In this document: one piece after another, positions 47,304 through 60,651 of the stretch
How positions within the stretch are numbered: position 1 is the first letter of the stretch
Layout of the letters: the number at the start of each line of letters is the position of its first letter
Assembly: GCA_965644295.1 (NCBI GenBank)
Contig: CBFFRP010000078.1
Span: 62,001-126,000, forward strand
Origin: Paraphysomonas bandaiensis
Taxonomy: Eukaryota > Protista > Chrysophyceae
DNA length: 64,000 nucleotides
Direction of reading: 5' to 3'
Notes under the pieces: generated by a model
What the model saw: only the letters and a program-made list of their open reading frames with translations
Databases searched by the model: none
Told to the model about the DNA's origin: nothing
Program-made: the position numbers and the translations under genes

Positions 47304-50300
47304 ATGGACGAGGACGATGTGTTTGACTCTGATGAAGGTATACTTTAATGAATGTATCTATAGTTCGATATATATGAATAGAAATGGTGGTGTTGTGTTG
47401 GTTGAGAGACAATAAGTGCATAGTTTGAAATGAAATAGTGTTAATAAATATATACAGATGTGGAGACAACAGATGTAAGTAATATAAAGGGGAAGCGAGA
47501 TAGAGGGGAGTATGAAGATGGGAGTGATATGGGTGAGGACGATGAGAGTGATGTGCTAGATGACGATGATGATGCGGAGGATGAGGTTGTGGTGAAGCCG
47601 AAGAAGTCAAAACAATCCAAGAAAAAGTAATATGATTCAATATCGTTAATGTTTTTCTCGTTATATTTATATAAGCAGAGACAAAGAACCCAGAGGAAAG
47701 AAGAAAAGCCGTAAAATGTCTTATCGCAACTTTATTCTGGACCAGGCTGAAGAGGCAGATGATGATGAGCAAGATGACCTCGAATACGAATATGTTGATA
47801 GAGATCGTGCAGTTGATGACGAAGCTTTGGCGGCAGAGGAGCTTGAGGCCAATCTTGCTGTTGAACGCCGACATGAAGCCAACCGAAAGTTCCAAGAGCA
47901 GTCAGCTGCCGAGATAGCCGCAATGTACGAGGAGAAATACAGGGCATCGGGACGGTACCGGCCTGGTTATAGGGGCGATGGTGATTTTCAGGGGGACATG
48001 CTTCGAGAGGATGTTGTGAAGCAATCTGCTTACCCAGGTGTGAACGACCCTGGCATATGGCTAGTCAAGTGTCGCCCAGGAACTGAGAGGCAATTGGTTC
48101 GGTCTATTCTGCTCAAAACTATGCACAATCAGGCGCAAGGCAAGCCAGTGCTAGTAAAATCTGCATTCTGTACTGCCAGTGAAGGGTATATATACATAGA
48201 GGCCATGGAAGAGCCGTTCGTAAGAGAAACGTTAACCGGACTACAAAATATTTTCTTCAGTTCAGTGCGCAAGGTCCCACTCGCTGAGATGACCACTCTG
48301 CTCACAGTCACAGTACGCCGTAAACCCATCAAAGAGGGTCAATGGTGTCGCATGAAAAGAGGGCCTCTAAAGGGTGATCTTGTAAAGGTAGGCGACGCCC
48401 TTCACTATGGGTTGTTTGAGTTATAGAAAGTGATTTGTGTGACAGGTTGTACGTGTTTTGGAGGGAGGAACTAGGGCTTTCATTCAAGCTGTTCCGCGAC
48501 CTGATTATGATGACACGGGTAAGACTTCCAGGACCATGGACGGTGGGGTTGAAGCTACTAAAACCAAGAAGACTCGACCTCTACAGCGACTCTTTCTCTC
48601 AGAAGGTATTGCTATAATCGATTTATCGATATGTGCTCACATACCTATGCGATCAGATGCGAAGGCCAAAGGACATATTGTGGATCGCCGTCGACATGAT
48701 GGAGAGTTCTATGAATTTTGGAAGAATGATTTGTATAAACACGGATACCTTTTCAAAGACGTACGGGTGGACATATACCTAAACACAGGTGACCCCAACC
48801 CTCGTATACATGAGCTGACAATGTTCCGTGACCGGAAGAGAGACGAAGGCAGTGACTCGGATGACGGGGGAGAAATTGCCTCTAAAAGCACTAGCATCAT
48901 GAAGGAGCTGGCAAGGCAAATGACTGATGAGGATGGACAGAGAGCGGCCGCTGATAAAGTTGTTCCCTTTCGAGCCGGAGATATGGTGCAGGTTACGGGG
49001 GGAGAGTGGCGGAATATGCGTGGCGTGATAATGTCTATCAATGAACGAGCGGAACAGGCCCAGTTGAAACCAATTCACACCGATGATTTGGGCGAGGTTA
49101 CAGTGGAAACATCGTTACTTGTAAAGTATATCAGGCCAGGTGCGCATGTAAAGGTTATTAACGGAATACACATGGGACAAACAGGTCGGGTTGTGAGTGT
49201 TCACAGGGCAGATGGTGATCACATTGCTGCCATCCTGACCGACGGGATTAACACTGAGATCACCTGCAACGTGGGACATCTACAGGTCTCCAACGAAGTT
49301 ACCACTGGTCTAAACTCCCTAGGGGGATATGAACTCTATGACCTTGTTATGCTGAGTGCCAATGAGTACGCTGTTGTAGTGTTTGTGGGAACTGAGCACC
49401 TAAAGGTACTGACACAGCACGATATTGAGAAGAACGTTCTCCCGGTTGAGATAAAGGGGAAAAAGTCATCTTCACGAGGTTCTACTGGGGCGTTCGACCA
49501 TATGAAGAATCCGTTGTGTGTTGGTGATACTGTTTCAGTTGTGGAGGGGCAGCACTCGAAACTCTCCGGCACAATCAAACATATCAATCGTAGTATACTT
49601 TGGCTTCACAGTACGACCCATCTCAAGAATAGCGGAATATTTGTAGTCAAGGGTAAGAGTTGTTTGTTGGCTGGTGGCCAGTTAAAAGACTCGGCTTCTA
49701 CTACAGCGGCAGTGCTGAATGCCACATACGGGTCGAATGCTCCCGCAGTGAGCCGCCCAATGACTTTTGCCAAAAGGGGTGTGAAGGATCCGATGGTGGG
49801 TAAAACAGTAAAACTGAAGAAGGGTTCTTACAAGGGCCTTTTGGCTCACATTGTTGATTCGACAGACACCCACTACGCTGTCGAATTGCATGGTCGTCTA
49901 AAGAAGCTTAATATAGAGAAAGAGAAAGTCGTGGTGGTTGGGGACAAGGAGGGTGCGGTCAACAATGACGGTACTCCTATGGCTGTTGACAACTTTTCGA
50001 TGGTCCCTTCGACTCCATTCCTTACGGCACAGACTCCAATGCATGTGGCAGAGACTCCCATGCATGTGTCGGGAGCGGAGACCCCTCTATACGGCGGGTC
50101 CACACCCAGTCGACCAGACACACCTGGAAGGGATGGAGGAGAATTCGACGTATGGCGTCCCACTTCGTCAGACACAATGGATGTGCAAGATACCTTCCCG
50201 GCCAGTACCGCAGCCTCGTCGGGATGGGGTGGTAGTGATTGGCGATCGCCTGCTGGCAGCGAGCCGGGTGCAGAAAGCGGGGCATTCACTGACAGTGGCT

Positions 50301-50864
50301 GGGGAGATAGTGGATGGGGTGAAAGTGGTACTGGTAAAACTCAAGGTTGGGGCTCAAGTAGCGCTGGCGGAACTCACGCATGGACTTCCAATGCGGCAAC
50401 TGCGAATGATTTGTCCAATAGTTTACCTCCTAGTGAATGGGAGCGGGGTATGGTTGTATGCTTTCGCTCAGGACGACATACGGGGGCAACAGCTGTTCTT
50501 GAAAGCAGTATGAGACAGGTGTTTTTTACGTAGTGTCCGAGTTTGCGAGGGTGTAATGTTGTGTGCAGGATGACTCCTTCGATGTGCGTCTTCGTGACGG
50601 CAGAGGAACCATGCTTTCTTCTGTTTCAAAACATGAACTTTCTATTGCGGAGCCTAAGAAGAAAGACTCGGTGAAAATCATGAAAGGGACGTATGCTGGT
50701 TCTACTGGTCGAGTTAAGGTATTTACCTTTGAACGTATAAGCTTGATTGCATCATGTTTGTGCAGGCAATAAGAGATAGTGACGTTATCGTGTACATGGG
50801 TGGCCGCACTGAACTTGTAAAACTATCCGAGGTAGTATGTGTAGATGACACCAGTGATTATTAG
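47304..50864 (+). CDS. SPT5: Transcription elongation factor SPT5, multi-exon
   Basis: Acidic N-terminus, NGN domain (DPGIWLVKCRPGTER..GYIYIEA), several KOW motifs, TP-repeat C-terminal region, terminal KOWs. ATG at 47304 (MDEDDVFDSDE), stop TAG at 50862-50864. Confidence 0.93.
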
Positions 50865-51532
50865 AGTTCAGTGGTGCATTCGACAGCTATCAAAGCTATT
50901 CTCCTAGTAGCATGTCCTAATTAATATCTCGGTAAATACGAACAGTTCACTTGTATCTGCTTTGATCATAGGATGTACTATACACATAAAATAGAAGCCA
51001 TGGTGACATACCACACTGATAACTCTTTGGCAATGTTCATATACAATAAGTATAAGATGTTCTTGTGCTACTCGTGCTTGATTCTTATTCTATAGTGATG
51101 TACAAATGCTATGATGATATTGAGAAACTGAAATAGTTTGATCTTTCAAGTTATGTTCAGTAACGAGAGGTTCGCATATGTAGGATATTATGCGTAGATT
51201 AAAATGAGTTAGTGTTGGTTGTCACAACTTCGTGTAAACGATATTAATAAATATATCTAGTCTTACGTCTTACGACAAATTCTCTCTGTGATCTAGCTTA
51301 AAATGAGCAATTTCCAATAGACCTAAAACCTTTTAGTGGTTATTTGTTATCTGTCGCGTTGGCACATTGTAGCCTAACTACTTGTTGTTTACTTCCTTTT
51401 CAGTGTATATATTATATATATCATTACCACCTGTTGACGTATTGTACTGTAGTATGGAGGTATAGATTATCAACTTTTGACATAATGATGGTGTACTATG
51501 TTAAAATTGGACATTGCACTGATGTAAACCTG

Positions 51533-53837
51533 CAAGCTGCGTATCAATTCTTAAAATTGGGGCATCAAATCATAATTACAGTTATAATTGACTCCAGCTT
51601 GCCTCAATTAATTGCCATTTTTTACTATTAAATAGTTGTTAAGAAACGAATATTTTTTTACAAAAAATCTATAGAATTTTAACAATAAAATCGAAGATTG
51701 ATGAAAACTATAATATCCAAAGGATTGTCTTACATAATAATTCATCAAATTAATTTGTGATATTATGAGCGATAAACTGGCACCAGAAGCCGTTGTACAA
51801 GTCTACTTTGCGAAAATAAATGATAATAACGAAGAGGTTGCAATGCCGGGAGTTTCCTATAGGAAAATGTGTTCTGAAGAATAGTTAGGGTTCTGGGTAG
51901 AGCAACCTGTGGCAGCATGCCATTAAACACGATGTATTAAAATATAGAGTTTTGGCTGCCCAGCGATATGTGGTGGTGCAATAAGCCAAGATTATTATGA
52001 CTTAGAATTACTTACGTTTTTACGCATGAACCGTCGCCTCTCTGGAAAGAAATGACTGTTGAAGTAGCCAAGTAATGTAGTTTAGTACAAAATAATTGCA
52101 ATTTACTTTTTCACAAGTGAGAACTATAAGTAGTAAACTCAACACTTCTTCTTCACAACATAATATATTATATACAATGTCACATTATTCAAGTAACATC
52201 ATAATATTTGGTAAACATCGGTTTATTTTTTCACGTTTCATGTAAATAATAATATTGAAGGCAACGTGAATATATATGGATTCCCCTCAGGACTTCCAGT
52301 TGCCGCCTAGACACTGTCTGGAATTGTAACGCTCATTATAAGAAGATATTCGAATATTATGACTGTTTTAGTTTATTAGAATATTATATGAGTTATGTTA
52401 GAAAAACTGATAAAATACTTTTTGACTGTGTATAAGATCGTGACTATATATATATTATATATCTGATAATATTGATTTTGTTAAAGAAGTAGAGAGCATA
52501 TCATAGAATAGCAATGAATGGTGAGAGATTTCGAGTATACTTTTGCTAGTTGTTGTGTTGTGAGTGAGTCTAACGTTCTCAGTTAAAGATTCGATATAAA
52601 TTAAAGTAGTATAAATTCATCTAGAGCTATTCTAAACCTTTTGACGAGTTTTGAGAGCAATTTACAGTTTCATTTCTTGGGTGGATCAACGAGATCCGCC
52701 CATTTCGATGCCGTTGAGAAGATCTAGCGCTCCACACACAAACTCTCCAAAAGTAAATTTTGAATGCAGCAAACTATTATTTGTTGAGCTCACCCCCTAA
52801 ATGCTCTCATTAGAATTAGGGTCCTTCTCTAGAAAGTACTGATATTTTTTAAATATAAAACAAATAAATCTTAAGTATACAATAATTGTAATCGAGCTAC
52901 CGTTGCTCACAGGATTTTACAGATTTTTTACAAGTATTATCCCGTTTGACATATATTATACAATTCAATATGAACTACAAGCTACTGTATTCTGTATTAG
53001 GTTATAAAATTCAAACACCTTAAAATGCAACACTTAATTGCTTACGAATAAGCAAAACTCAACGTAGAGAACACACTACAAGTAACACCATTCACATATA
53101 TATGAGTAATATAATTTAAGCTAAGCGCTTTCTATCCACCTATATACAGAGGATATACATGTATATTATGCCCTGTATTATAAAAATAAGTGTAGTACAA
53201 TTACAGAAGTAAGGTTAACACCAGCTTGACTTCCACGACGTTTGCACATTGATTGACGAACCCTTCATAATGCACCCGATTGTTGAGCGTCATCTGGGCG
53301 ACAGTGCTGCTATTATTCATAACGCTGCTTTCGAAAAGGCAGTCGTGAAGATTCAATGTGGCAACGAAGCCGTAACTCGGACGGCAAAGGATCAAACTAA
53401 AATATATTTGTTCGATGAGGAAGAAGAAGATTATGACGGTGCGAGTCTAGCTCCGAATGACGACGCAGCGCAACGTTTGTTTGATGGTAGCAGGCAACGG
53501 AAGCGAGCAAGACTTAACCAGCAAACTCGTTACGGATGAAACACTTGCATAGCACAACCAATAAGGTTGAGAGGTTGTTCAGTAGAGTTACGATTGTTAT
53601 GACGGGCTTGCTCAAGAGCTTGACTCCTCAACATTTATAGTGCTAATTATGTTTTTAAGCATGAATCGTTGCCTCTGGAATGAAATGACAGTTGAGGTAT
53701 TCGCAGCTAGTGTATTTTAGTACTAAATAATTGCAATTAATTGCAATAGTTGAAATTGAGACAGCAAGTAATAATTGCAATTATAATTGACTACAACCTG
53801 CGTCAATTAATTGACAATTAATTGATACGCAGCCCTG
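51533..53837 (+). mobile_element. Defective H1 hAT-like element(s) with transposase remnants
   Basis: Degenerate left TIR (C)AAGCTGCGTATCAATT and right TIR ATTAATTGATACGCAGCCCTG. Region 53249-53700 (AFEKAVVKIQ..TNKVERLFSR..MNRCLWNEMTV) is homologous to the H2 remnant; a second C-terminal remnant lies at ~51990-52100. May be two nested relics. Confidence 0.7.
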
Positions 53838-54288
53838 CTTTATGATTGTTTGTGTTGTTCTCAACTATTAAATTGTTATATTAGGAAGGGTGCATGAATC
53901 AACACTCAACACCGGGTAAGCACAGCATTGTGGGTTAACAACATAGATGTCATGAATTCACCTAACCCTAATCAAATAATACCCAATATCGCAAGCAAAT
54001 GAAAAACTTCTTCAATCTTTGGCATAGATATGAATTATTGTTACTCAGTGTTGTTCTCGGGGACTACTAACATGACCTTGTGGGGATTCCAGTTCAACAT
54101 TAGATGTACTGGCTGCAAGCTAACGAACAACTACTTTACAGCATGTTAACAATATATGCAAAATAACATTATAACAGTAAGCGCTCCATGTAATACTGCG
54201 CCAACAGGAGAGGTCAATGATGACTAAACATGTCTAACGTCGACGTAACAGACAGCGCCACTAACCAACTTCCCGAATCGAATACAAG

Positions 54289-56929
54289 CTAAAATTTTTC
54301 TCCTGATACCTTTTCAAGTCTGACGATGATATGCTTCCCGTACGTATACCTCCGCAGCTGAACGATGTTCTCACGGACATAGCGGATAATGGCACCACGC
54401 TGGGCTTCATTGCTTACGTCTATCACTTTCTGAACCACATAGTTAGCGTACGGGTCACGCACCATATTCTCAAGTACACATTGTCCCGTCTTAGCATCAA
54501 CAGGGTTATTGAGGTCAAAGGTGACATTAATGATTGTCCAGATCATTTCATCACGATCGCGTCGGTCGGCGAACTGAATGCATTTCTCAACAACGTTAGA
54601 TGCGAATTTGTGTTGCGAATAATCGAGCAGCCTGGACTGTACTTCCCGTATAAGTATTGCGCGATCCGTTTCCCATCCATGTTGCATCACATGCTGAATG
54701 ACATAGTTGCCGTACTGATCTTGAATTAACTCTCGGCAGCACTGGCGGAGCTCCTCTAATACTGGGGCCTTCTGGGTATTGGTGCAGTGTTCTAGAATGC
54801 GCTGGACAACTCGGCACCCATAAGGGTGCATAGATAGCTCCTTCACTCGTCCCTGAAAGGCTTGGATAATAAATTGAATGCGGGAACTAAGGTAATCTGT
54901 CATTTCTTGTGGAGACTCCTTTGCTACCCGACTCACCACCTCAATACATTTCTGAATGACGTGGTTGCCGTTTTGATCGTGCACACATCGTAGAACTTGC
55001 TGTCCCTCGAATTCGCCGACGAGGGCGATTAAACGAGGGGTGAGGACATACTCCAGGGCTTTCTGGATAACGCGACAGCCGTACATCTGAAGTGCCAGGG
55101 TGACAGCTTGCCCCATTAGCAGAGAGGCCAAAGTCTCGCACTGCTCCGCTGTTCCGAATTCAAATAGCTTTTGGATGACATAATTGCCAAATACATCCGT
55201 CATAAGAGAGTGCGCCGAAGGTAGGACCTCATCAAATACAATTTCCTTATCCGTATCTGATGCCACCTCCAGCCGCTGTTGAATAAACCGCGATCCATGT
55301 TGGTCTTGGCAAAACGGGACCACATGCCCTACCAGGTCCCGAATCTCCCATTGACGCCCCTTCCCGTAAGTATTACGGAAGTCTTCTACCACAGCGTCCC
55401 GTGCTACTTGTGTCTGGGTGTGATTGGCAGCACCCCCTCCTCGGCCTTGGTGTGCTCCTCGGCCACCAGAACGCCTGGTCTGTCCCTGTCCATCAGTGCC
55501 TCCTTGGTCCCTAGAAGGCGAACCAAGGTTGTCAGGTGCACCGTTCGCGTGATCTCCCTGTCCCTTCCCCGACTTGTGTGGTGAAGAGATGCCGCCTTGC
55601 TGCTGTTGTCCGGAACGCATGGGACTGTATCCATACCCCCTTCCACCCTGGTGCTGAGGCCCCCCCATCATGTGACCCGGCTGTGGTTGATTGTAGTGGG
55701 GTGGATACATCATCATGCCGCCACCTTGGTGTTGATCCTGCTGCTGGTGTTGAGGAGCCCAGTATGGTGCTGCAGGAGAAAGCATCTGTCCCTGCTGTTG
55801 AGAATAGTGCATGAAATTCATACTGTCTCCTCCCGTATTATTGTTAGAGTAGGCAACCTCTGGAATGCCCTGACCCTGCATACCCGGCATGTGCCCTTGT
55901 CCTATGAACCCACCGCCCTGAGGTGCCCCCCCCATCCTATAGTACGGGTTTATATACCCCTGCCCTTGCTGACCCTGGCCCATAAAAAATCCTCCTTGAT
56001 GTTGATGCGGCTGTCCACCTAGCCCCGGGGCAGTCCCGTCCATGCCATACCCCATACCAGGCTGTTGCATCTGCCCCCGCCCGAAACCATCCATACCCAT
56101 ACCCTGCTGCTGGCCTGGCTGAAAAGGGGGATACATTCCCATAGCAGGACCAGCGCCCTGTTGATATCCATAACCATTAAACTGCTGTTGATGATGACTA
56201 TGCTGGGGAGGGGGGAATTGCTGATGATTTTGCTGCTGGTACATATGCCCAGCTGGAGAAGGTGCTACTTGCTGTTGTCCCTGTTGAGATCCCGGTCCAC
56301 TTTGCTGTTGTGAACCAAAATGATTCTGAGAGGTGGCGTTTGGACTATGTGGCTCTTCATCTGCAACGTATAGCTCCTGCATCGCTAGTGTTGTCTGGTC
56401 GATACCGGTTAGTACATCGTCCAATTCGTCCGTTTCGTCCGGGGGATGAGTCTGAGGTGAGTTTGACTCCTCCAACTTTTGAGAGGAGTACACTGCAGAC
56501 GGAGTTGATGGAAAATCCGCCTTAAAAATAGATACATCCGTTATAAATATGACAACAACAACGAAATATGATAGTACCTGTATTAAATCCAAAGGCGTTC
56601 TGGGCTTCGAATCAATAACTAGAGACTGTATGTGCGATAAATGTGAGTCATCCAGAGAGTCCAAAGTTCCAAGTCCATCTAACATATACGAGTCATGACC
56701 ATTCGAATCTGCAATATCTCCACTTTCATGATGACCAGACCGCACAGGTTTAGGCATCCTCGGATTTAATCGAGACGGCACAGCAGATGCATCAAACTAT
56801 ACAAAAATATTATCAATATATAATATAATATAAATATCATACATCAAAACCACTATATGCGGATAGTGGAGGGGCGGATATGCTTCTTTCAATGAAACCA
56901 GGGTCGTCCACATCGTCATGGCCGAGCAT
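54289..56929 (-). CDS. Pumilio-family (PUF) RNA-binding protein with a Q/G/H-rich low-complexity region
   Basis: Eight canonical PUF repeats (SRFIQ, NYVIQ, CRVIQ, NHVIQ, CRVVQ, NYVIQ, SNVVE, NYVVQ); first exon MLGHDD..RSISAPP. Confidence 0.93.
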
Positions 56930-57483
56930 AGTGAAATATACGTTATATACTATTCACAAGCTAGTTACACGCGTGTGGGAATATATTTACAGTCTCGTCT
57001 TCCCCAACGAGCTTATAAACACTGAACGCTAATCGTCCATACACTGTATATATGAGGATAGTTTGGTGTCTATGGATATATGGGAGGTGGATACATCGAA
57101 CACCCTATTGGTATAGTCCACACCACTACACACACAGTCACACATGAGGCGGACTTCATTTCACCACAAAAATAGGTCTTATGTACTTCAGACACATACA
57201 TATATCTTAAATAGACAAGAGTTTTTTTCAGTTCAAACCAACCAATACACCAGTATGTATTCTACATATTCTCTATAGATACTATAGATACGACAGTACT
57301 CATAGATTATCACGAGTACACCTACAGTACACCTACATACGCAATCCCATCGTATCTGGACATGGTTGTGTACAATGGTGAGGAGAGTAATATGGATATA
57401 CTTACGCACATATCTACACAATAGTTTAAAGAGCACTCCTCTCCTCAACAGATATATATACAAGAGTATATATATCTGTTTAC

Positions 57484-59539
57484 ATGATGACAGGAGAGAC
57501 CAATGAAGTAGAATTACTTGAAGATGGTAATCTTCATAACGGCAATGATTATGACCGTGTACTTAACGACATGTTCCATATAGAAGATAAGAGATATAAT
57601 GGTGTGATACAAGTGTTTATTCCACAGCATTATCAACAAGTATTTGAGAATGAGTGGCTGCCAGATATATATGATACGGTTATTTCGTATCGAGGATTTC
57701 GCAAGCGTCATGTACTCAAACTATCTACCAGTGATAACTATATAGAATATGCAGTAATTCTAGGATTTGATACCCTCAATGATTACAATGACTGGGTAAC
57801 ATCTTCGGATAGGCTTCAGAGAGTGGAAAAGCTTAAAAATATTGGAGCATTTGTGTACAAGCTGAATGACTATGGAGGTCGAGTACAGGAAGGCGCACCA
57901 ATGGGAAGCAATGGGAATACTAAACCTAGCAGAATAAGTTTGCAAAACACAGTATCGAATCGACCCACACCTCGTCCTCCTGCTAAGTGGAAACTATCTA
58001 TTATTATCGTTGTGTGTATATTCTGTGCATTACTTGTTGTGGGATCGGGAGGCTCAATTACAGTAATGCGAGACGCAGGCATTCCACTTGGAGCAGTGTA
58101 CATGTTAACACTTATGCACATCATTCCGGTTTTGATTTACTCTATGCTTCCCCTTCTAATGGGAATTCAATTTGTGAACAATTGGCTTCGTCACCCTCGA
58201 CCACCTGCTAGTGAGCTTCATCCATTACTTGCCGTACTCGATCAGGGCCTGCAGATGTTTGCACCGGCTCCTGTCTCTCCTGTGCCACCTGCAGTAATGC
58301 AGCGCCTTAATAAGTTGGAGCAACGATTAGAGCTAATAAGAAAAATGAATCACTCTCTGAAAACTCGACTTGAGGACGTCGTACCCGATTCTACAGATAC
58401 CGCGAATGACATGATGCGACTAGAGTCTGATTCACGCCAACAACTTCTCCAAAGAAAAGAAACTCACACGAATGAAATGGCTGAGCAGATTGGTGAACGA
58501 ATAAGGCATTACGATAACTTGAAATACGATGAAGCGAAGGGAGATGGTATTGTAGGACCTCTATCCTTAGCCGTTAGGCATTTTGTAAAGTGGGAGTGTG
58601 TAGAAGACTTCGAGCAGTGGACTGATAAAATGGACGCAGAAATGAATAGGTCTACAGGCTCCTGTGTTCAAAACACGCTTTTGATTGCACTATTCTTAGG
58701 TATGATGGCTATATGGGTATGGTGCGGATCGCTCCGAAGGTATCTCCCTGTTTCTATATACTTTTTTTCACGCACATGTAAAAGACTGACGGGGACCCAT
58801 TTATAAACACGTTCACGTTCGATAATTTTGATCATCTATCAGCATTTGCACATTCCGCACACCGATGTGATCTCCTGAGGTCAGTGATAACTGTGTATAA
58901 ATTATTTACTTTTCTGTAATAGCTTCGTAACTTGTTATTGAATTGACAGGGAGTTGGAACCATTGTTAGAAGCAACGTCGATTGTATCATTGAATGAGGT
59001 GAGTATTGGTGTAATACGGTTAAGTCATTACATTATTCAATACTCGCGAGCATTCTAGACTGATTTAATTTTTATCATGCTAGGAGCGCTGTATCACTGA
59101 TGCATTTTCGGAACTCTTTGTGGGCACTGGTGAAAATGCCGCTGTACGACCACCCCCATTATGGAAGTCATGCATTTTAACTATTATTCCTTTGCATGTA
59201 GGTGTTTTTTTGGTATATTACTTATTGCTCTTGATATGTGATACTCAGATAATTGTATGGCTACTCGGGATAAATTTTTATCCTTATCTTTATGTTAGCG
59301 GCATCAATGACGTCGTCGTTGTGTTTATTGCCTCTGTGGTGAACGTATTCATGAATAGTTATATCGGTGTTCCTCTGATGCATTCGCAATTCGGAAGATG
59401 GCTTCATATGAGTCGACCGATTCATCCATTGCCTTACATTGGTTTTCTAGATTGTGGATTTTCAAAGTTTTATCAGGTTACTCTTCTTGTATTTTGGGTG
59501 CTCATGAATGTGTTACTTGGTAATATGCTCTCTAGTTGA
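57484..59539 (+). CDS. Membrane protein with two ABM-like (antibiotic biosynthesis monooxygenase-like) + PPxWK-TM units, multi-exon
   Basis: Two units of the form FE.W...Y.G...F.....L..W/F..S..R followed by PPAKWK or PPPLWK and hydrophobic helices, joined by a coiled coil. Confidence 0.6.
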
Positions 59540-59952
59540 TCCAAAAGTGTTGTACTGGGATTCAAATATTAAAAAATATATTTACTACAAATTAGCTATA
59601 TGCGGTGATGAGCTGACGAAGTTAGAGAAATAAAACGAAATATACCATAATGACTATAGCAGCTTACTATGTTGTGTTAATATCAGTATATATAAAAAGT
59701 CGATTACAGGCACAAGTATGAGATGATATTTACTTCTTACTTCCTCGACTAATAAAATCTAAAGAATATAGTACATGTCTTCACAATTATTTTTCCCGTA
59801 GACTGTTTACATTTTTACAATGGCCATATGATTTTTGATACGCTACAACATGGAATCAAGCCCATCGAAACCGGGAGGGACTGTGAAAGTTTATCTGAAA
59901 AAGTATCAGCATATGTCAGAATAGACATTATTTCGGGATCTATTTTTCGACC

Positions 59953-60651
59953 AGCCACCCCCCAGGTTGAGCGCTACTGGACCGGCCACATTACTGCCAC
60001 ACAAATGGCCGACGCATTCGGACGCCACATATCCAGCTCACTGCTCGAACATCAATTCCACGCCCTAGAAAAATCCATCGCCTCTATCCTACTCCCCCTA
60101 TATGATGGAGGGCTCCGCATGCTTCGCAATAGGGGACACAGACACCACAACGTAGACACGGCACCGGCGACACCGGTCCCGACACACGCAAAGCCCCGCC
60201 AGCCCCAGGATACCCACCCGACACCAAAAGTACTCCAGCTACTCCAGGCGACATCCACCCCACGAACTACACTCTCTGCAAGAGCCCAGACCCGACAGAG
60301 GCAAGCGCAACCACTCCGGAAACAACTTCTCCTTACTTGTAGCCGAAACCCCACCTCAACAACCAGCACCATCTCCACCACCGACTTGCACTCTCATATA
60401 CAACTCGCCTCACCCACCCCCCACATAATCCATGGCACAGGCCCGCCAGACACATTGCCCAAAGGTAGACCCCCCGACTAACCTCACTACAAGGGACGGT
60501 TGCACCATGGTGCTCGCAGCGATGCACAAGCAGTCCCGAGACGGTTGCCCGCCACTAGTAGTATATAGCAAATCTAGTTATTAGCTAGTCTATAGACATA
60601 AACTAGTTTCTGTACGCAACCGTACTCATGTAATAATCAGACTTTCATATA
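59953..60651 (+). mobile_element. 5'-truncated non-LTR retrotransposon (LINE family 2), open ORF C-terminus plus 3' UTR
   Basis: Perfect 12-bp TSD TATTTTTCGACC at 59941-59952 and 60652-60663; ORF PQVERYWTG...KGRPPD; ends AATAATCAGACTTTCATATA. Confidence 0.88.

Noticed and set aside
59610-59665. CUGACGA...GAAA hammerhead-like spacing
   Set aside because: Stem I cannot form and stems II/III are very weak.
59828-59952. N-terminal part of the 217-aa ORF
   Set aside because: Lies outside the TSD-defined LINE; a chance in-frame fusion with flanking DNA.
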